A DNA stretch of 64,000 nucleotides from a virus. Shown here one piece after another: positions 1-9,137 of this stretch. Under the pieces are notes generated by a model, which worked only from the letters and a program-made list of their open reading frames with translations, ran no database searches and was not told where the DNA came from. The first letter of the stretch is position 1. Every line of letters starts with the position of its first letter. The position numbers and the translations under genes are program-made. Location: the UHGV virus genome UHGV-1366603; one strand, given 5' to 3'.

Positions 1-2151
1 GACGAGATGTTGGCACCTGGCGGTGAGTTATCAACCGAATCACCGCTGTGTAAGATGTGGGTGCGTAATCAGAAAACAGGAGACCGTGAAGAGAAATACA
101 CCACCGTTGATAAACTGTTTAAAACCGTAATCGATAAACAGATTATCTCCGCACCGTCATTAACCTTTTATATCCCAGAACACATCAAACGTTCCAAGCT
201 ATCAGAATTCACTGCCGCTAACGTAGCTAAACGTGCAGCGGTGAAAAAAGAGATGTTTGCTGCCGAAGCAGCAGGTAATAGAGTCTTACAGATTAACAAA
301 AAGAACGAACAGAACGCAGTCAAGACTCTGAACAACGGGATGTCAGGCGCATTCTCTTCTCCGTACACGATTATCTTTAACCAATCGTCTCACTCTGTAT
401 TAACGTCAACCTGCCGTACTGCAACCTCATTCGGTAACGCAGGTAACGAACGTTTATTGGGCGGTAATCGTCATTACGACACGCCGTCATGTATCATCGA
501 TCATTTCTTGTCCATCGGTACGTTAACCGATTGGGATAGCTTCAAGAAATGTATGGATACGTACGAACTCCATTATCCGACCGTAGAAGAAGTGATGGAC
601 GTGATTCATTATTCTGCGGACTTCTACTTTAAGAACGAAGAGGGGATGGAGTTTGTTGAGCACTATGTATCGAATGTTTCTCCGCTCACTCGCGCGGCAT
701 TTGTTTACATGGGTGATTTTTATCATCTTGCGAAGTACAACGATCAGTTCATGCGTGGTTTTATTACCGCGATGATTTCTCGTGAGATGATTGACGAAGT
801 CGAAGACTGGGATGCTGCGGAAAAAACCATTGATGGTGACATGCAGATCATCATCTCCCAGTTCCGTACTGACGTGGTGCCGATGGGTAAAGCATTCAGC
901 CACGTTAAGAAACTCGACGATAAGAAAAAGCCATTGCCGTGGGATCAGCAGGATGACTATAAGGAACTAATTCGTTCCGCTCTGTTCTTACAGAAAACCA
1001 TCGGTAAGTACGCACTTTTGATTCGCAATATCCTGACCACTAAAAACTTGCCGATTAATATCGCAAGAATGCCAGATGTGGTCCGTCGTGTAGGTGTGGT
1101 ATCTGATACTGACTCTACAATGATGACTGCACAGTGGTGGGCGGTTTGGTATACTGGTAAGCATTACGGTGAAGAAGCAACCCGTGTATCCAACGCAATG
1201 ATTTATATTGCAACGCAGCACCTGCGTCATCTGATGGCGAGTATGTCTGCGAATATCGGTGTAGCGAAAGAACGTCTGTTCTTGTACGCGATGAAGAACG
1301 AATTTAAGTTCGATTCGTTTGCATTAACGACCAAAGCAAAACACTACTTCTCACTGATTACCGGTCAGGAAGGTCAGCTGAAAAAAGATCCCGAGCTGGA
1401 AGTAAAAGGGGTGTCTTTACGTACTTCGAATATTCCACCGATTATCATGAAGGAGTTTAAGAATACCATTAAAGGACTGTGTGAGGTCGTAGCGCGTGGT
1501 GACCAGATTGAAATCATTCCGTTACTGGAAAAGGTTGCGCAGATCGAACACACCATTATGGATTCTATTCGTTCAGGTAATCCGGGTTATCTGAAAACAA
1601 CGAACATTAAGGAGCGTAGCGCTTATAACGAGAAGGACGAGAAAAACTATCACTACCATCGAATGTACAACGCTATCTTTGGTCCGAAGTTTGGTCATCT
1701 GGAAGAACCGCCTTACGACGCTGTAAAACTACCGGTGGTTTTAGAAAACAAAACCAAGATTAAAGAGTGGTTGGACAGCATCGAAGATCCGATTATCCGA
1801 AACGGTGCAACCGCGTGGTTTGAGGAGAACAATTTCCGTAAATACAAAACGTTGATTCTGCCAGAGCACTTAGTAGAGAACTACGGTATTCCTAAAGAAT
1901 TGATCGATATTGCGGACATTCGTCGCACGGCGTTCTCAACTGTAGAACCGTACTATCACATCCTTGAATGCTTAGGTGTGTTCATGATGGATAAAAACCG
2001 TATGCGTTTACTGTCGGATTTCTACGATAAAACTGCTGAAGACGATGGGCTGTATAAAGAGCTTGCGGAAGTACAGTATGTCAAGAAATCAGAAAGGGCA
2101 GGTGAGGATGATGAGGACGAAGATGATGAAGAAACATTCGATGAGGAGTAA
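1..2151 (+). CDS. hypothetical protein, 5'-partial (frame open to window start); strongly acidic C-terminal tail
   Basis: Long ORF (track 7..2151) with in-frame codons back to nt 1; ends GEDDEDEDDEETFDEE; hairpin plus T-run follows. Weak DTDS and KAKHY motifs were noted but are not enough for a polymerase call. Confidence 0.8.
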   Translation, partial: DEMLAPGGELSTESPLCKMWVRNQKTGDREEKYTTVDKLFKTVIDKQIISAPSLTFYIPEHIKRSKLSEFTAANVAKRAAVKKEMFAAEAAGNRVLQINKKNEQNAVKTLNNGMSGAFSSPYTIIFNQSSHSVLTSTCRTATSFGNAGNERLLGGNRHYDTPSCIIDHFLSIGTLTDWDSFKKCMDTYELHYPTVEEVMDVIHYSADFYFKNEEGMEFVEHYVSNVSPLTRAAFVYMGDFYHLAKYNDQFMRGFITAMISREMIDEVEDWDAAEKTIDGDMQIIISQFRTDVVPMGKAFSHVKKLDDKKKPLPWDQQDDYKELIRSALFLQKTIGKYALLIRNILTTKNLPINIARMPDVVRRVGVVSDTDSTMMTAQWWAVWYTGKHYGEEATRVSNAMIYIATQHLRHLMASMSANIGVAKERLFLYAMKNEFKFDSFALTTKAKHYFSLITGQEGQLKKDPELEVKGVSLRTSNIPPIIMKEFKNTIKGLCEVVARGDQIEIIPLLEKVAQIEHTIMDSIRSGNPGYLKTTNIKERSAYNEKDEKNYHYHRMYNAIFGPKFGHLEEPPYDAVKLPVVLENKTKIKEWLDSIEDPIIRNGATAWFEENNFRKYKTLILPEHLVENYGIPKELIDIADIRRTAFSTVEPYYHILECLGVFMMDKNRMRLLSDFYDKTAEDDGLYKELAEVQYVKKSERAGEDDEDEDDEETFDEE

Positions 2152-2157
2152 CCGTTC

Positions 2158-2180
2158 AACGTTAGCCCCTAACGTTTTGC
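2158..2180 (+). terminator. putative intrinsic terminator
   Basis: Hairpin aacgttag/ctaacgtt followed by TTTT just after the stop at 2151; T-run is short. Confidence 0.4.
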
Positions 2181-2220
2181 GATAAAATAAAGAGGTAACG
2201 TTGCACACTTGTGCAACGTT
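2181..2220 (-). terminator. putative intrinsic terminator for the minus-strand gene 2274..3335
   Basis: Perfect 10-bp inverted repeat aacgttgcac/gtgcaacgtt (2197..2220) followed on the minus-strand transcript by a U-rich tract (plus-strand gataaaataaa). Confidence 0.5.
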
Positions 2221-2273
2221 ATTACTCTATTATATGAGGATTCGAAAGAGTCCTCAGCGGGGGAGAGTAAGTC

Positions 2274-3335
2274 TTATTTTTCGAGTGCACTGTATAATGG
2301 CAGAATTAACTCGTGTCGGTAGTAGTTTCTTGCCGAACGTGTGAGTTTCTCCAGAATCTTTGCATCCTCGAAACGGGCAATCCTTACCATCAGATTAGAT
2401 TTGTATTTACCCATGCTCGCGTTGTCGTATTGCAGGCAGAACAATGCCCAATACCAGTTGACGATATTTCGATGCCAACTACCTTGAATTGTCGAACCGG
2501 GTTCTTTAAACAGAATTCGATCCAACGCCGTGGACGGTTTATGTGGGTCTTCAAAAATCTGAGGTATGTGAGCCATGACAACCGCAGGTAGAGGTTTACC
2601 AGCACGTAACGATTTTGAAATCGCTTTCGCGTGACGGATTGCTAAATCGCGTAGAGGTGGAGTCGGAATAACTCGTAACGGGTTTTCTTCTTCTATCTCT
2701 TTACCGAAGGCAATCGCACGATGAATATTTAAGAAAGCGATATCCATGTAACTGGGTAACATCCTGTAAATGATGTGTCGCTGCGCGTATACCAAGCGCG
2801 TGATGGGTTCTGGTTGTGTTCGGTAGTATTGTTCAGCAAGAACGTATTGCCACAGTAGTGCAACCAGATTTATCTCGATAATGCTGATCCCTCGGGGTTT
2901 GCCGTTACCGAGCGTCCAGTTAAGATTCGTGTATTCGTGATAAAGGTAAACCACCGGTGTGTAGTCACGGAAAGAAAGATTAGGATCGACAGGTCTCGCA
3001 ACTAACGAGATGATTTCATCCTGACCTTCTATAAAAGCGCCGTTAAAAACTTGACCATACTCCCCCACAGAAGTTAAGCGTAGAGCGTTGCCGATATCTG
3101 ACAGCTTTCGACGACAAGCCCATTCGATTTCTTCGTACGTGGGTTCACCGGCATAGCCGATAGCTGCTAAGATTTTTAGGACGAGATGACCAGAACCAAC
3201 GCTGGTTTGAATCGTTTCTAAATAGTTGCGAATGCGCTGGTTATTATTTTTTACGGCATTGACCAATTGTATAGCAGAAGGGTCTTCGTAGCGCCCCTTT
3301 ATGACTGCTTGGTTTAACTCGGCTTGACTGAACAT
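2274..3335 (-). CDS. hypothetical protein
   Basis: Track ORF 2274..3359; start moved to the second in-frame ATG (3333..3335), which has an AAGGAG Shine-Dalgarno 6 nt upstream. Lone minus-strand gene between + strand neighbours. Confidence 0.75.
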   Translation of the reverse strand: MFSQAELNQAVIKGRYEDPSAIQLVNAVKNNNQRIRNYLETIQTSVGSGHLVLKILAAIGYAGEPTYEEIEWACRRKLSDIGNALRLTSVGEYGQVFNGAFIEGQDEIISLVARPVDPNLSFRDYTPVVYLYHEYTNLNWTLGNGKPRGISIIEINLVALLWQYVLAEQYYRTQPEPITRLVYAQRHIIYRMLPSYMDIAFLNIHRAIAFGKEIEEENPLRVIPTPPLRDLAIRHAKAISKSLRAGKPLPAVVMAHIPQIFEDPHKPSTALDRILFKEPGSTIQGSWHRNIVNWYWALFCLQYDNASMGKYKSNLMVRIARFEDAKILEKLTRSARNYYRHELILPLYSALEK

Positions 3336-3387
3336 GACTGACTCCTTGGGGTTACACATAGGAAACGGTCACATTCTACTCACATTG

Positions 3388-3419
3388 AAAAATATCTGAG
3401 AAAGATATTATCTATGTGA
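3388..3419 (+). promoter_or_regulatory. promoter-like motif, copy 1 of a tandem 31-nt repeat upstream of 3542
   Basis: aaaatatctgagaaagatattatctatgtga; near-duplicate at 3469..3499; contains the recurring AGATATTATC core. Confidence 0.45.
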
Positions 3420-3468
3420 TGGTTCGGTGGTTAACTATTTTGAGTTATGTGTGTTCTAGACGCATTCT

Positions 3469-3499
3469 AAAATATCTCAGGTATATGTTATCTACGTGA
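3469..3499 (+). promoter_or_regulatory. promoter-like motif, copy 2, about 45 nt upstream of the 3542 start
   Basis: aaaatatctcaggtatatgttatctacgtga; same architecture as 3388..3419. Confidence 0.5.
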
Positions 3500-3541
3500 A
3501 CCAACACTACAATTGTATTAAACCTTTAAAGGATAAATAAA

Positions 3542-5380
3542 ATGGCTAAAGAGTTTAACGAAATTCCTAACAACGTAAATGCTGGCGCTGCTGGTGTAGA
3601 CCCGGCTCCGTCTTTTGGTGGTGTAGGTGCTGGTGCAGGCAGTGTGGATAACACCCACGCAGCAAATGCTTTCGGTGGTATGACTAAGAACATCTCCACT
3701 TTCGATAAAGCGTTCGGCTATATGTCCTACGTTTCTGCCGCTTCACATTTCACCGCGCTGATTGCGAAGATGGTTGAACGTAACCCGTACCTGAGCAAAT
3801 TCCGCTGCGGCGTTATCGACGGTGTGAATCCAGAAATGGGTTCTGCGGCATACGTTGCTGCGCCAGCAGATGAAAATGGCAGCCACTGGATGTATGGTAT
3901 CTTGTTCTTCGAACACGGTCAGTCTGTACGCTTCCGTGAAATCAACGGTAAAGAAACTTATTACACCCTGGCTTCTCTGTTTGGTCAGGCTGGTGTAATG
4001 GATTCTATCACCAAACAAATCTGCGAACAGCAGAACCTGCCGTCTGTGCAATTCATGGTAATGAACTGCATTCCAGATCTGGGTAAAACGCTGACTGAAG
4101 AGTGGGCTATCCAGCTGATGGGTCAGCTGACTCTGGGTATCTTTGGCCGTATTCCGGGCTACCTGGGTCAGCTGAAACTGACTCGCGGCGATCGCTTCGT
4201 TGCACAGGTAACTGCGGTAGACGAAGGTTCTCTGACTGACGTTAACGGCTCTGCACAACGTGCTGACCTGATGGTTCAGGTTGAACACACTCAGACCGGT
4301 AGCTTCGATACTAACCCGACGCTGATGTCCTCTGAACGTGTTCAGGGTTATCCGAGCGTTGCGGGTGTGGGTTACATCAACCTGCGTTATACTGGTCGCC
4401 GTGCACCTGAAAACGGTGTACAGGATTACAAACAGCTGCAAGCAGAAGTTGTTGTTTCTCTGATGGACTCTCAGTCTTCCGGGGCTATGGTACCAATCGA
4501 ACGTCAGCTGATTGAACTGGCTGCCTTCGCAGAAATCGCCGCTATCGGTGGCTGGCGTGAACGCTTCATGCACTCTCTCAACAAAACCGATCGTCGTTTC
4601 TCCCGCGTTATGGAATACGTAGAGTGGGGTGACAAACGTCCTGATCTGAGCAAAATCGATGGCAACCGCGAAGCTATCGAAGAGTGCCTGAACATGTTCG
4701 CCTACCCAGAAGCTGCGCTGGTTGTGAACCATCGTGCTGGTAACGGTATCGGTGGTCTCTCCACGATGTTCAGTGAAGTTTCCCAGGGTAACACTGGTAC
4801 ACTGTCTAACATCCTGACCATCCTGGACAACATGGCTCCGAAAGGTGCTACGGTGTTCACGCAGCGTTTCGCTGAAATGCTGAAAGTTAATACCATCACC
4901 TGCAACCACGTTGTTATCGCTGGCGTACCGACAGTTTCCGGTCAGTATTTCAGCAACAGCCAGAAACGTAGCTTCCAGGATCAGGACCTGGTGTCTGTAC
5001 TGAGCAAAGTTGGTGATAACCAACACGATGCCTACACTTACCTGTACGCGCAATCTTACTCACACCGTCAGTTCAACGCGACTGAACAGCGTTTGTACCT
5101 GCTGAAGCTGGCCGCTTCCCTGTTCGGCAGCAAACAGCCGGTCGTAACTGGCGAGTCCACCGATTTGGCAATCAACCCGAAATTCGCCAAAGCGCTGCTG
5201 GACTACGTGCGTGATAACTGCATCTTCCAAGTGAATGGTGTCACCGCAGTCAATAGCCTGGCTAATACGTTGTTCTTCAACAACGGCGGTGAAAACTTCA
5301 CTCTGTCTGGTAACGGCCCGAATTCCTTCGGCAGTGACTACAACATGTCATTCGCTTCCGGTAACTACAGCCCTATCTGA
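3542..5380 (+). CDS. abundant early protein; candidate chimallin (phage-nucleus shell protein) homolog, 612 aa
   Basis: Strong RBS (aaggataaataaaATG); codon usage heavily skewed to CTG/CGT/GGT/ACC; sits immediately upstream of the beta' N-terminal gene, as the shell gene does in phiKZ (gp54 then gp55, from memory); strong terminator downstream. Assignment is by synteny and size only. Confidence 0.55.
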   Translation: MAKEFNEIPNNVNAGAAGVDPAPSFGGVGAGAGSVDNTHAANAFGGMTKNISTFDKAFGYMSYVSAASHFTALIAKMVERNPYLSKFRCGVIDGVNPEMGSAAYVAAPADENGSHWMYGILFFEHGQSVRFREINGKETYYTLASLFGQAGVMDSITKQICEQQNLPSVQFMVMNCIPDLGKTLTEEWAIQLMGQLTLGIFGRIPGYLGQLKLTRGDRFVAQVTAVDEGSLTDVNGSAQRADLMVQVEHTQTGSFDTNPTLMSSERVQGYPSVAGVGYINLRYTGRRAPENGVQDYKQLQAEVVVSLMDSQSSGAMVPIERQLIELAAFAEIAAIGGWRERFMHSLNKTDRRFSRVMEYVEWGDKRPDLSKIDGNREAIEECLNMFAYPEAALVVNHRAGNGIGGLSTMFSEVSQGNTGTLSNILTILDNMAPKGATVFTQRFAEMLKVNTITCNHVVIAGVPTVSGQYFSNSQKRSFQDQDLVSVLSKVGDNQHDAYTYLYAQSYSHRQFNATEQRLYLLKLAASLFGSKQPVVTGESTDLAINPKFAKALLDYVRDNCIFQVNGVTAVNSLANTLFFNNGGENFTLSGNGPNSFGSDYNMSFASGNYSPI

Positions 5381-5412
5381 TAGATGTAGTAGTGCGTAAT
5401 TGGTAGTAATTA

Positions 5413-5454
5413 GGGACAGGGGAAAACCCCCTGTCCCTTCCCTCTCTTTTTTTG
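5413..5454 (+). terminator. intrinsic terminator
   Basis: gggacagggg-aaaa-cccctgtccc stem-loop followed by a T7 run. Confidence 0.85.
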
Positions 5455-5467
5455 TTGAGGATTTGGC

Positions 5468-6835
5468 GTGAAAGACAGATTACAATACTTCGGTGTATCA
5501 GGGCGATTAATCAGTCACGATAAAATGTTACGTGACGCTTTCAAAGAGGCGGAGGAAAAGGGCTATAAACCGCCGATGATTATCAATGATGTTGCGAAAT
5601 ATAAAGACACCATTGAGACGTCAGAGTTGATTAACCGAATCTTACAGAACCGGATAGTCGACGAGACGCTAAATTCGGCACCTATTTGTAGTATTGATTG
5701 TGAAGCACCTATCGTTCATCGATATAATCTCGGAATGCGATGTCCTACCTGCGGCTATGTGGTGACAGAACATCGTATTGTTTCAGAAGTCTGGATTCGT
5801 GCCCCGGAGGAAATAGGCAACTTTATTAACCCACGATTCTGGTCGATGTTTAACGCTTTCTTCGGTTCTAAACTTAAGAAGTTTAACCGAAACAAAGTGA
5901 CCGTAGAACGTGGTTCTGATTTATTGATGTGGATGTTAGATCCGTGTTATAAACCTGATAAAGACGAAGGTACTCGATCCCGAATAATCAAACGCATCTT
6001 TAGCGAGTATCAAGTTCCACGCGGTATTAGGAATTTTATTGACCACCATCGAACAATATTCAATATCTTAACTTCTCCTGAAGTCTGGAAAGAAATTTAT
6101 CCACCAACGAAAAATAACCGATATGAGAGCGAACGTACTCGCTTAGAGTGGAAAAAGTTCTTCGAAGAACAATCGCACACTTTCTTTCCGGTTCATCTTC
6201 CAATCATTTCACCCAAACTGATCGTTACGGAGGAACGACGTCAGGGTATCTTTATCGATCCTGTTTATACCAGTGCAATAGACGCGGTTAAGAACATCGC
6301 GTTACTTTATACCAATGCACGACGCATCCCAACCCATTTCATTATTAGTCGCGCATTAAAAGCAAATCGTCAGTTAGCGTACTTCTATATTGACCATCGT
6401 CAGGAGGTAATGGAAGGTAAACCTGGGTTCTATCGTGCCAAGTTAGGTTCAACACACATCCCGTGGGGTGGTCGTGTAACAATCTCTCCAATTTCAGAAC
6501 CGCACGACGCTATGAAGGTTATTGCACCTTGGCGTTGGTTAGTGACGTTAGAATCTGTAGCTATTGAAAACAAACTCGGTCGACGGAACTTCACACCACG
6601 GCAGTGTGAACGTGTTATTGCATTTGCATCAATGCAGTACGTACCGTTGGTTCATGAAATTATCAACGAACTTATTAAGGAGTCTCGTGGCGGTTACGGC
6701 CTGATGATATCAGCGCTACGAAACCCGACGCTTGTACAGTTGTCTATTCAGACATTATTTATCTCAGCTGTTAACCCTGATGTTACACAGTGCTCGTTAC
6801 GTATCTCCGATCGCGTCATCAAAGCTCCGAATGCT
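5468..6835 (+). CDS. multisubunit RNA polymerase beta' subunit, N-terminal fragment, exon 1
   Basis: GTG start with GAGGA RBS. Zn-finger-like CxxC...CPTC; GFYRAKLG..WGGRVTISP matches beta' [38 protein letters not shown] matches NRAPTLHRLGIQAF; exon ends ...RVIKAPNA (last nt T at 6835). The track ORF runs on to 6967 only because the intron is in frame until a stop. Confidence 0.85.
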
Positions 6836-7185
6836 AAAATTTGGCCCACTAGACGGGAAACCTCTAGTGCGTATCCCCCGAATTGCTGGGAACTCCTAAA
6901 GCTTACGATCCCGACAGGGTGGCGAAAGCCAGAAACAATTCGTAAGATAGCCTATGCTAACCAATAATGCTAAGGGTTGTGATAATGGATAACCAGCAGC
7001 GATGAAAATCGTTCAACGACTATCGAAAGGGTAAAACCGAGTAGAGTAGCTGCTTAGTTTAGCGGCGAAGTGGGGGAGACCTACGGGTAGCAATACCTAC
7101 GGTTATGATATAGTCTGTGCCCATGTGAAAACATGGGAGGGTGTCATTGCACACCTGCTCCAAAAGGAATGGAGTGGACAAACAG
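6836..7185 (+). ncRNA. group I self-splicing intron, 350 nt, no ORF, interrupting the beta' gene inside NADFDGD
   Basis: 5' exon ends in U (6835) and the intron ends in G (7185). P-like aattgctgg (6881..6889), Q-like ccagcagc (6993..7000), R-like gttcaacgactat (7011..7023) and S-like gatatagtctg (7107..7117) with GACUA/UAGUC P7 pairing. Flanking hairpins cactaga/tctagtg (6847..6869) and cccatg/catggg (7120..7137). Splicing restores NA|DFDGDQ. Confidence 0.75.
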
Positions 7186-7425
7186 GATTTCGATGGTGAC
7201 CAATTACAGGTTAGACGTTTAGTCGATACCACGGAGATGGATTTAGCGCTGGCTTATCGTCCAGATAACGGATTTATGTCCAGCACAAACGTAGACGAAG
7301 TGTCTAGCAGCATGGTGTTACACAATGAGCTTATCAGCATGGAAAACCGTTTCTTACGCGATACCGAAGAAGATCTGGAGGCGGGTATCGCCATCGACTC
7401 AGAATTAATCTTAATGGCGGGGTAG
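7186..7425 (+). CDS. multisubunit RNA polymerase beta' subunit, N-terminal fragment, exon 2 (begins DFDGDQLQV...)
   Basis: In frame with track ORF 7141..7425; DFDGDQ...RPDNGFMSS matches E. coli beta' DFDGDQMAVH...SPANGEPII. The GTG at 7141 is taken to be inside the intron, not a real start. Confidence 0.85.
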   Translation, partial: DFDGDQLQVRRLVDTTEMDLALAYRPDNGFMSSTNVDEVSSSMVLHNELISMENRFLRDTEEDLEAGIAIDSELILMAG

Positions 7426-7431
7426 TAAAAC

Positions 7432-8019
7432 ATGGGCATGTGGAATCTAGGCGGGTCTATTTGGCAGCGTCAAGACGAAAATAGCGGTATGTATCGTTAT
7501 TTCAAAGAGAACTTTAACCTGTCTAGTTTCGCACCGGATATGGTTGAGCGCGTGAAGCAGAAGTGTAATGAACTGATCTCATTGCAACGTTTCCGCGAAA
7601 TGTACGCAGCTGCGCGTAAGGTTCAAAATAGCGATGCAACGAATGTAGTAAGACAACTTGAAACTATCGGACAATTCCAGTTTGCGAATGAGGCGCTACA
7701 GCCGTTCTTAATTGCAATGCCGGAATACCGACAACTCTACAACAATAACATGGCGACGGGTTTTGAGAACGGTTACTCTAAGGTAGACCGATTCCGAGGC
7801 TCGGCGTACATGCACACTGACGATAACTATCGTGAAGTTACGTCAGGTATGTCAACGGAGTACGACGAGGATCGTATCTGGAACTGGGTATCCAACGAAG
7901 ATCGTTCCAATCGACTTACTCGCGTTCAGCAAGTTGACATGCAGATTAACTGGGCACGTATGCGAAGTTTTGACTGGGAAGATGAAGATCCTTGTTCAGA
8001 ACTTGGTGCGTCCTGCTAA
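7432..8019 (+). CDS. hypothetical protein
   Basis: ORF directly after beta' exon 2; terminator follows. Confidence 0.75.
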   Translation: MGMWNLGGSIWQRQDENSGMYRYFKENFNLSSFAPDMVERVKQKCNELISLQRFREMYAAARKVQNSDATNVVRQLETIGQFQFANEALQPFLIAMPEYRQLYNNNMATGFENGYSKVDRFRGSAYMHTDDNYREVTSGMSTEYDEDRIWNWVSNEDRSNRLTRVQQVDMQINWARMRSFDWEDEDPCSELGASC

Positions 8020-8022
8020 AGT

Positions 8023-8049
8023 GAGGGGCTTCGGCCCCTTATTTTTTCT
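8023..8049 (+). terminator. intrinsic terminator
   Basis: gaggggc-ttcg-gcccct hairpin followed by TTATTTTTT. Confidence 0.85.
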
Positions 8050-8088
8050 TAATTACAGCTCGAGCTATCAATGTGATAGGAGAGTAAG

Positions 8089-8472
8089 ATGGCTATTGCA
8101 GTAGGAACAGTTTCTACTCGCGGTTGGGCCAGAACTCCCCGCGAACGTATTCGTGAGGCAATGAATCACTATACAGAAGCAGGGTATAGCCAATCGCAGA
8201 TTTATCAAGGGAATGTGCGTTCATTAGCAAAAGCACAGCAAATGTATGCACAAGATCCCGACGGTCTTGCTTCCAAAGTCAAATCTGACCTGACGGCTAT
8301 TTACGGGAATATCTTCCCTGAAGGCGTTGAGGTCGAAACGAAATGGGAGTATCTCCCCGATACTGATGTTCGTTATCGTATCATTATTCAAGCTCGTGCG
8401 AAATCGGGCGGGATTTGGTACGATGTTGAACGGTATGTCGAAACTGAAACTTCAAGTATTGAGGACGAATAA
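8089..8472 (+). CDS. hypothetical protein
   Basis: RBS taggagagtaag before ATG. Confidence 0.8.
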   Translation: MAIAVGTVSTRGWARTPRERIREAMNHYTEAGYSQSQIYQGNVRSLAKAQQMYAQDPDGLASKVKSDLTAIYGNIFPEGVEVETKWEYLPDTDVRYRIIIQARAKSGGIWYDVERYVETETSSIEDE

Positions 8473-8474
8473 AG

Positions 8475-9137
8475 ATGAGTCAAGAACCAGGAAAATTTAA
8501 TGGGGTTCCTATTAATGAACTTTCTGGCCGCGCTAAATTCGAATACGATAAACTTCTGGAAATGGAGAGCGTACTCCAGCAAGGCCAGAATGTGTGCAGT
8601 GTTTTTACAGAATCGATGTTCCGTCGCCAGGGCTTACCTTTGTTGTCGGGGATGTTAGACGGTACGTTTAACGAAGACACCTGGGTGGATTACGTCGGCA
8701 GCGCGTTTGTTCCGTTACAGATTGTTTCGGATGCTGACCATTCTAAACTGTTATTCACTATCCCACCGCTGCTGAATACAGGTCGTTCTCTTCAACATGT
8801 TGAAGGTCAACCCTCTTTAACGGAAGAGACGGAAGCTATTCGCCAGACGGCTGATATCATCTCCGAAGTGGGTGAGCAGCAGTTGCACCAGATGATCGAT
8901 TACACGTTAGACGGTATCGAGAGACTGTCGTACGAAGAAAATGCACTGCGGGCAAAAAGAGTCATCGATCTCTTAAACTGGATTTTCCGTCGTTACCAAG
9001 TTAACGGTCAACTTCCTTATCCAGAAGGGTTGGAAGAACTTTGCAATCAGATTGAAGGTAAAAGTAAACCTGCTCAGGTTGTAGAGAAGAAACCTGAACC
9101 CGTTAAAACAAGACGTTTCGATGATTACGATTACTAA
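8475..9137 (+). CDS. hypothetical protein
   Basis: RBS gagga before ATG; overlaps the next gene. Confidence 0.8.
   Translation: MSQEPGKFNGVPINELSGRAKFEYDKLLEMESVLQQGQNVCSVFTESMFRRQGLPLLSGMLDGTFNEDTWVDYVGSAFVPLQIVSDADHSKLLFTIPPLLNTGRSLQHVEGQPSLTEETEAIRQTADIISEVGEQQLHQMIDYTLDGIERLSYEENALRAKRVIDLLNWIFRRYQVNGQLPYPEGLEELCNQIEGKSKPAQVVEKKPEPVKTRRFDDYDY

Noticed and set aside
1-2151. Calling the first ORF a family B DNA polymerase
   Set aside because: Only a DTDS tetrapeptide and a KxKxY-like motif are present; motifs A and B and exonuclease motifs are not convincingly found in the visible part; left as hypothetical.
3743-5053. Long antisense ORFs inside highly expressed genes (3743..5053 minus, 41669..42694 minus, 42963..44312 minus, 56643..58700 minus)
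   Set aside because: They are fully embedded in sense genes with strong RBS, terminators and strong codon bias; no RBS or terminator of their own; typical shadow ORFs of codon-biased sequence.
6836-6967. C-terminal 44 codons of track ORF 5468..6967 as genuine coding sequence
   Set aside because: This stretch overlaps the conserved intron P-like element and hairpins and has no counterpart in beta'; it is read-through into the intron before an in-frame stop.
7141-7425. Track ORF with GTG start at 7141 read as an independent 94-aa gene
   Set aside because: Its first 15 codons lie inside the group I intron; the conserved DFDGDQ begins at 7186 and joins exon 1 (ending NA at 6835) to restore the RNA polymerase NADFDGD motif, so this is treated as exon 2.
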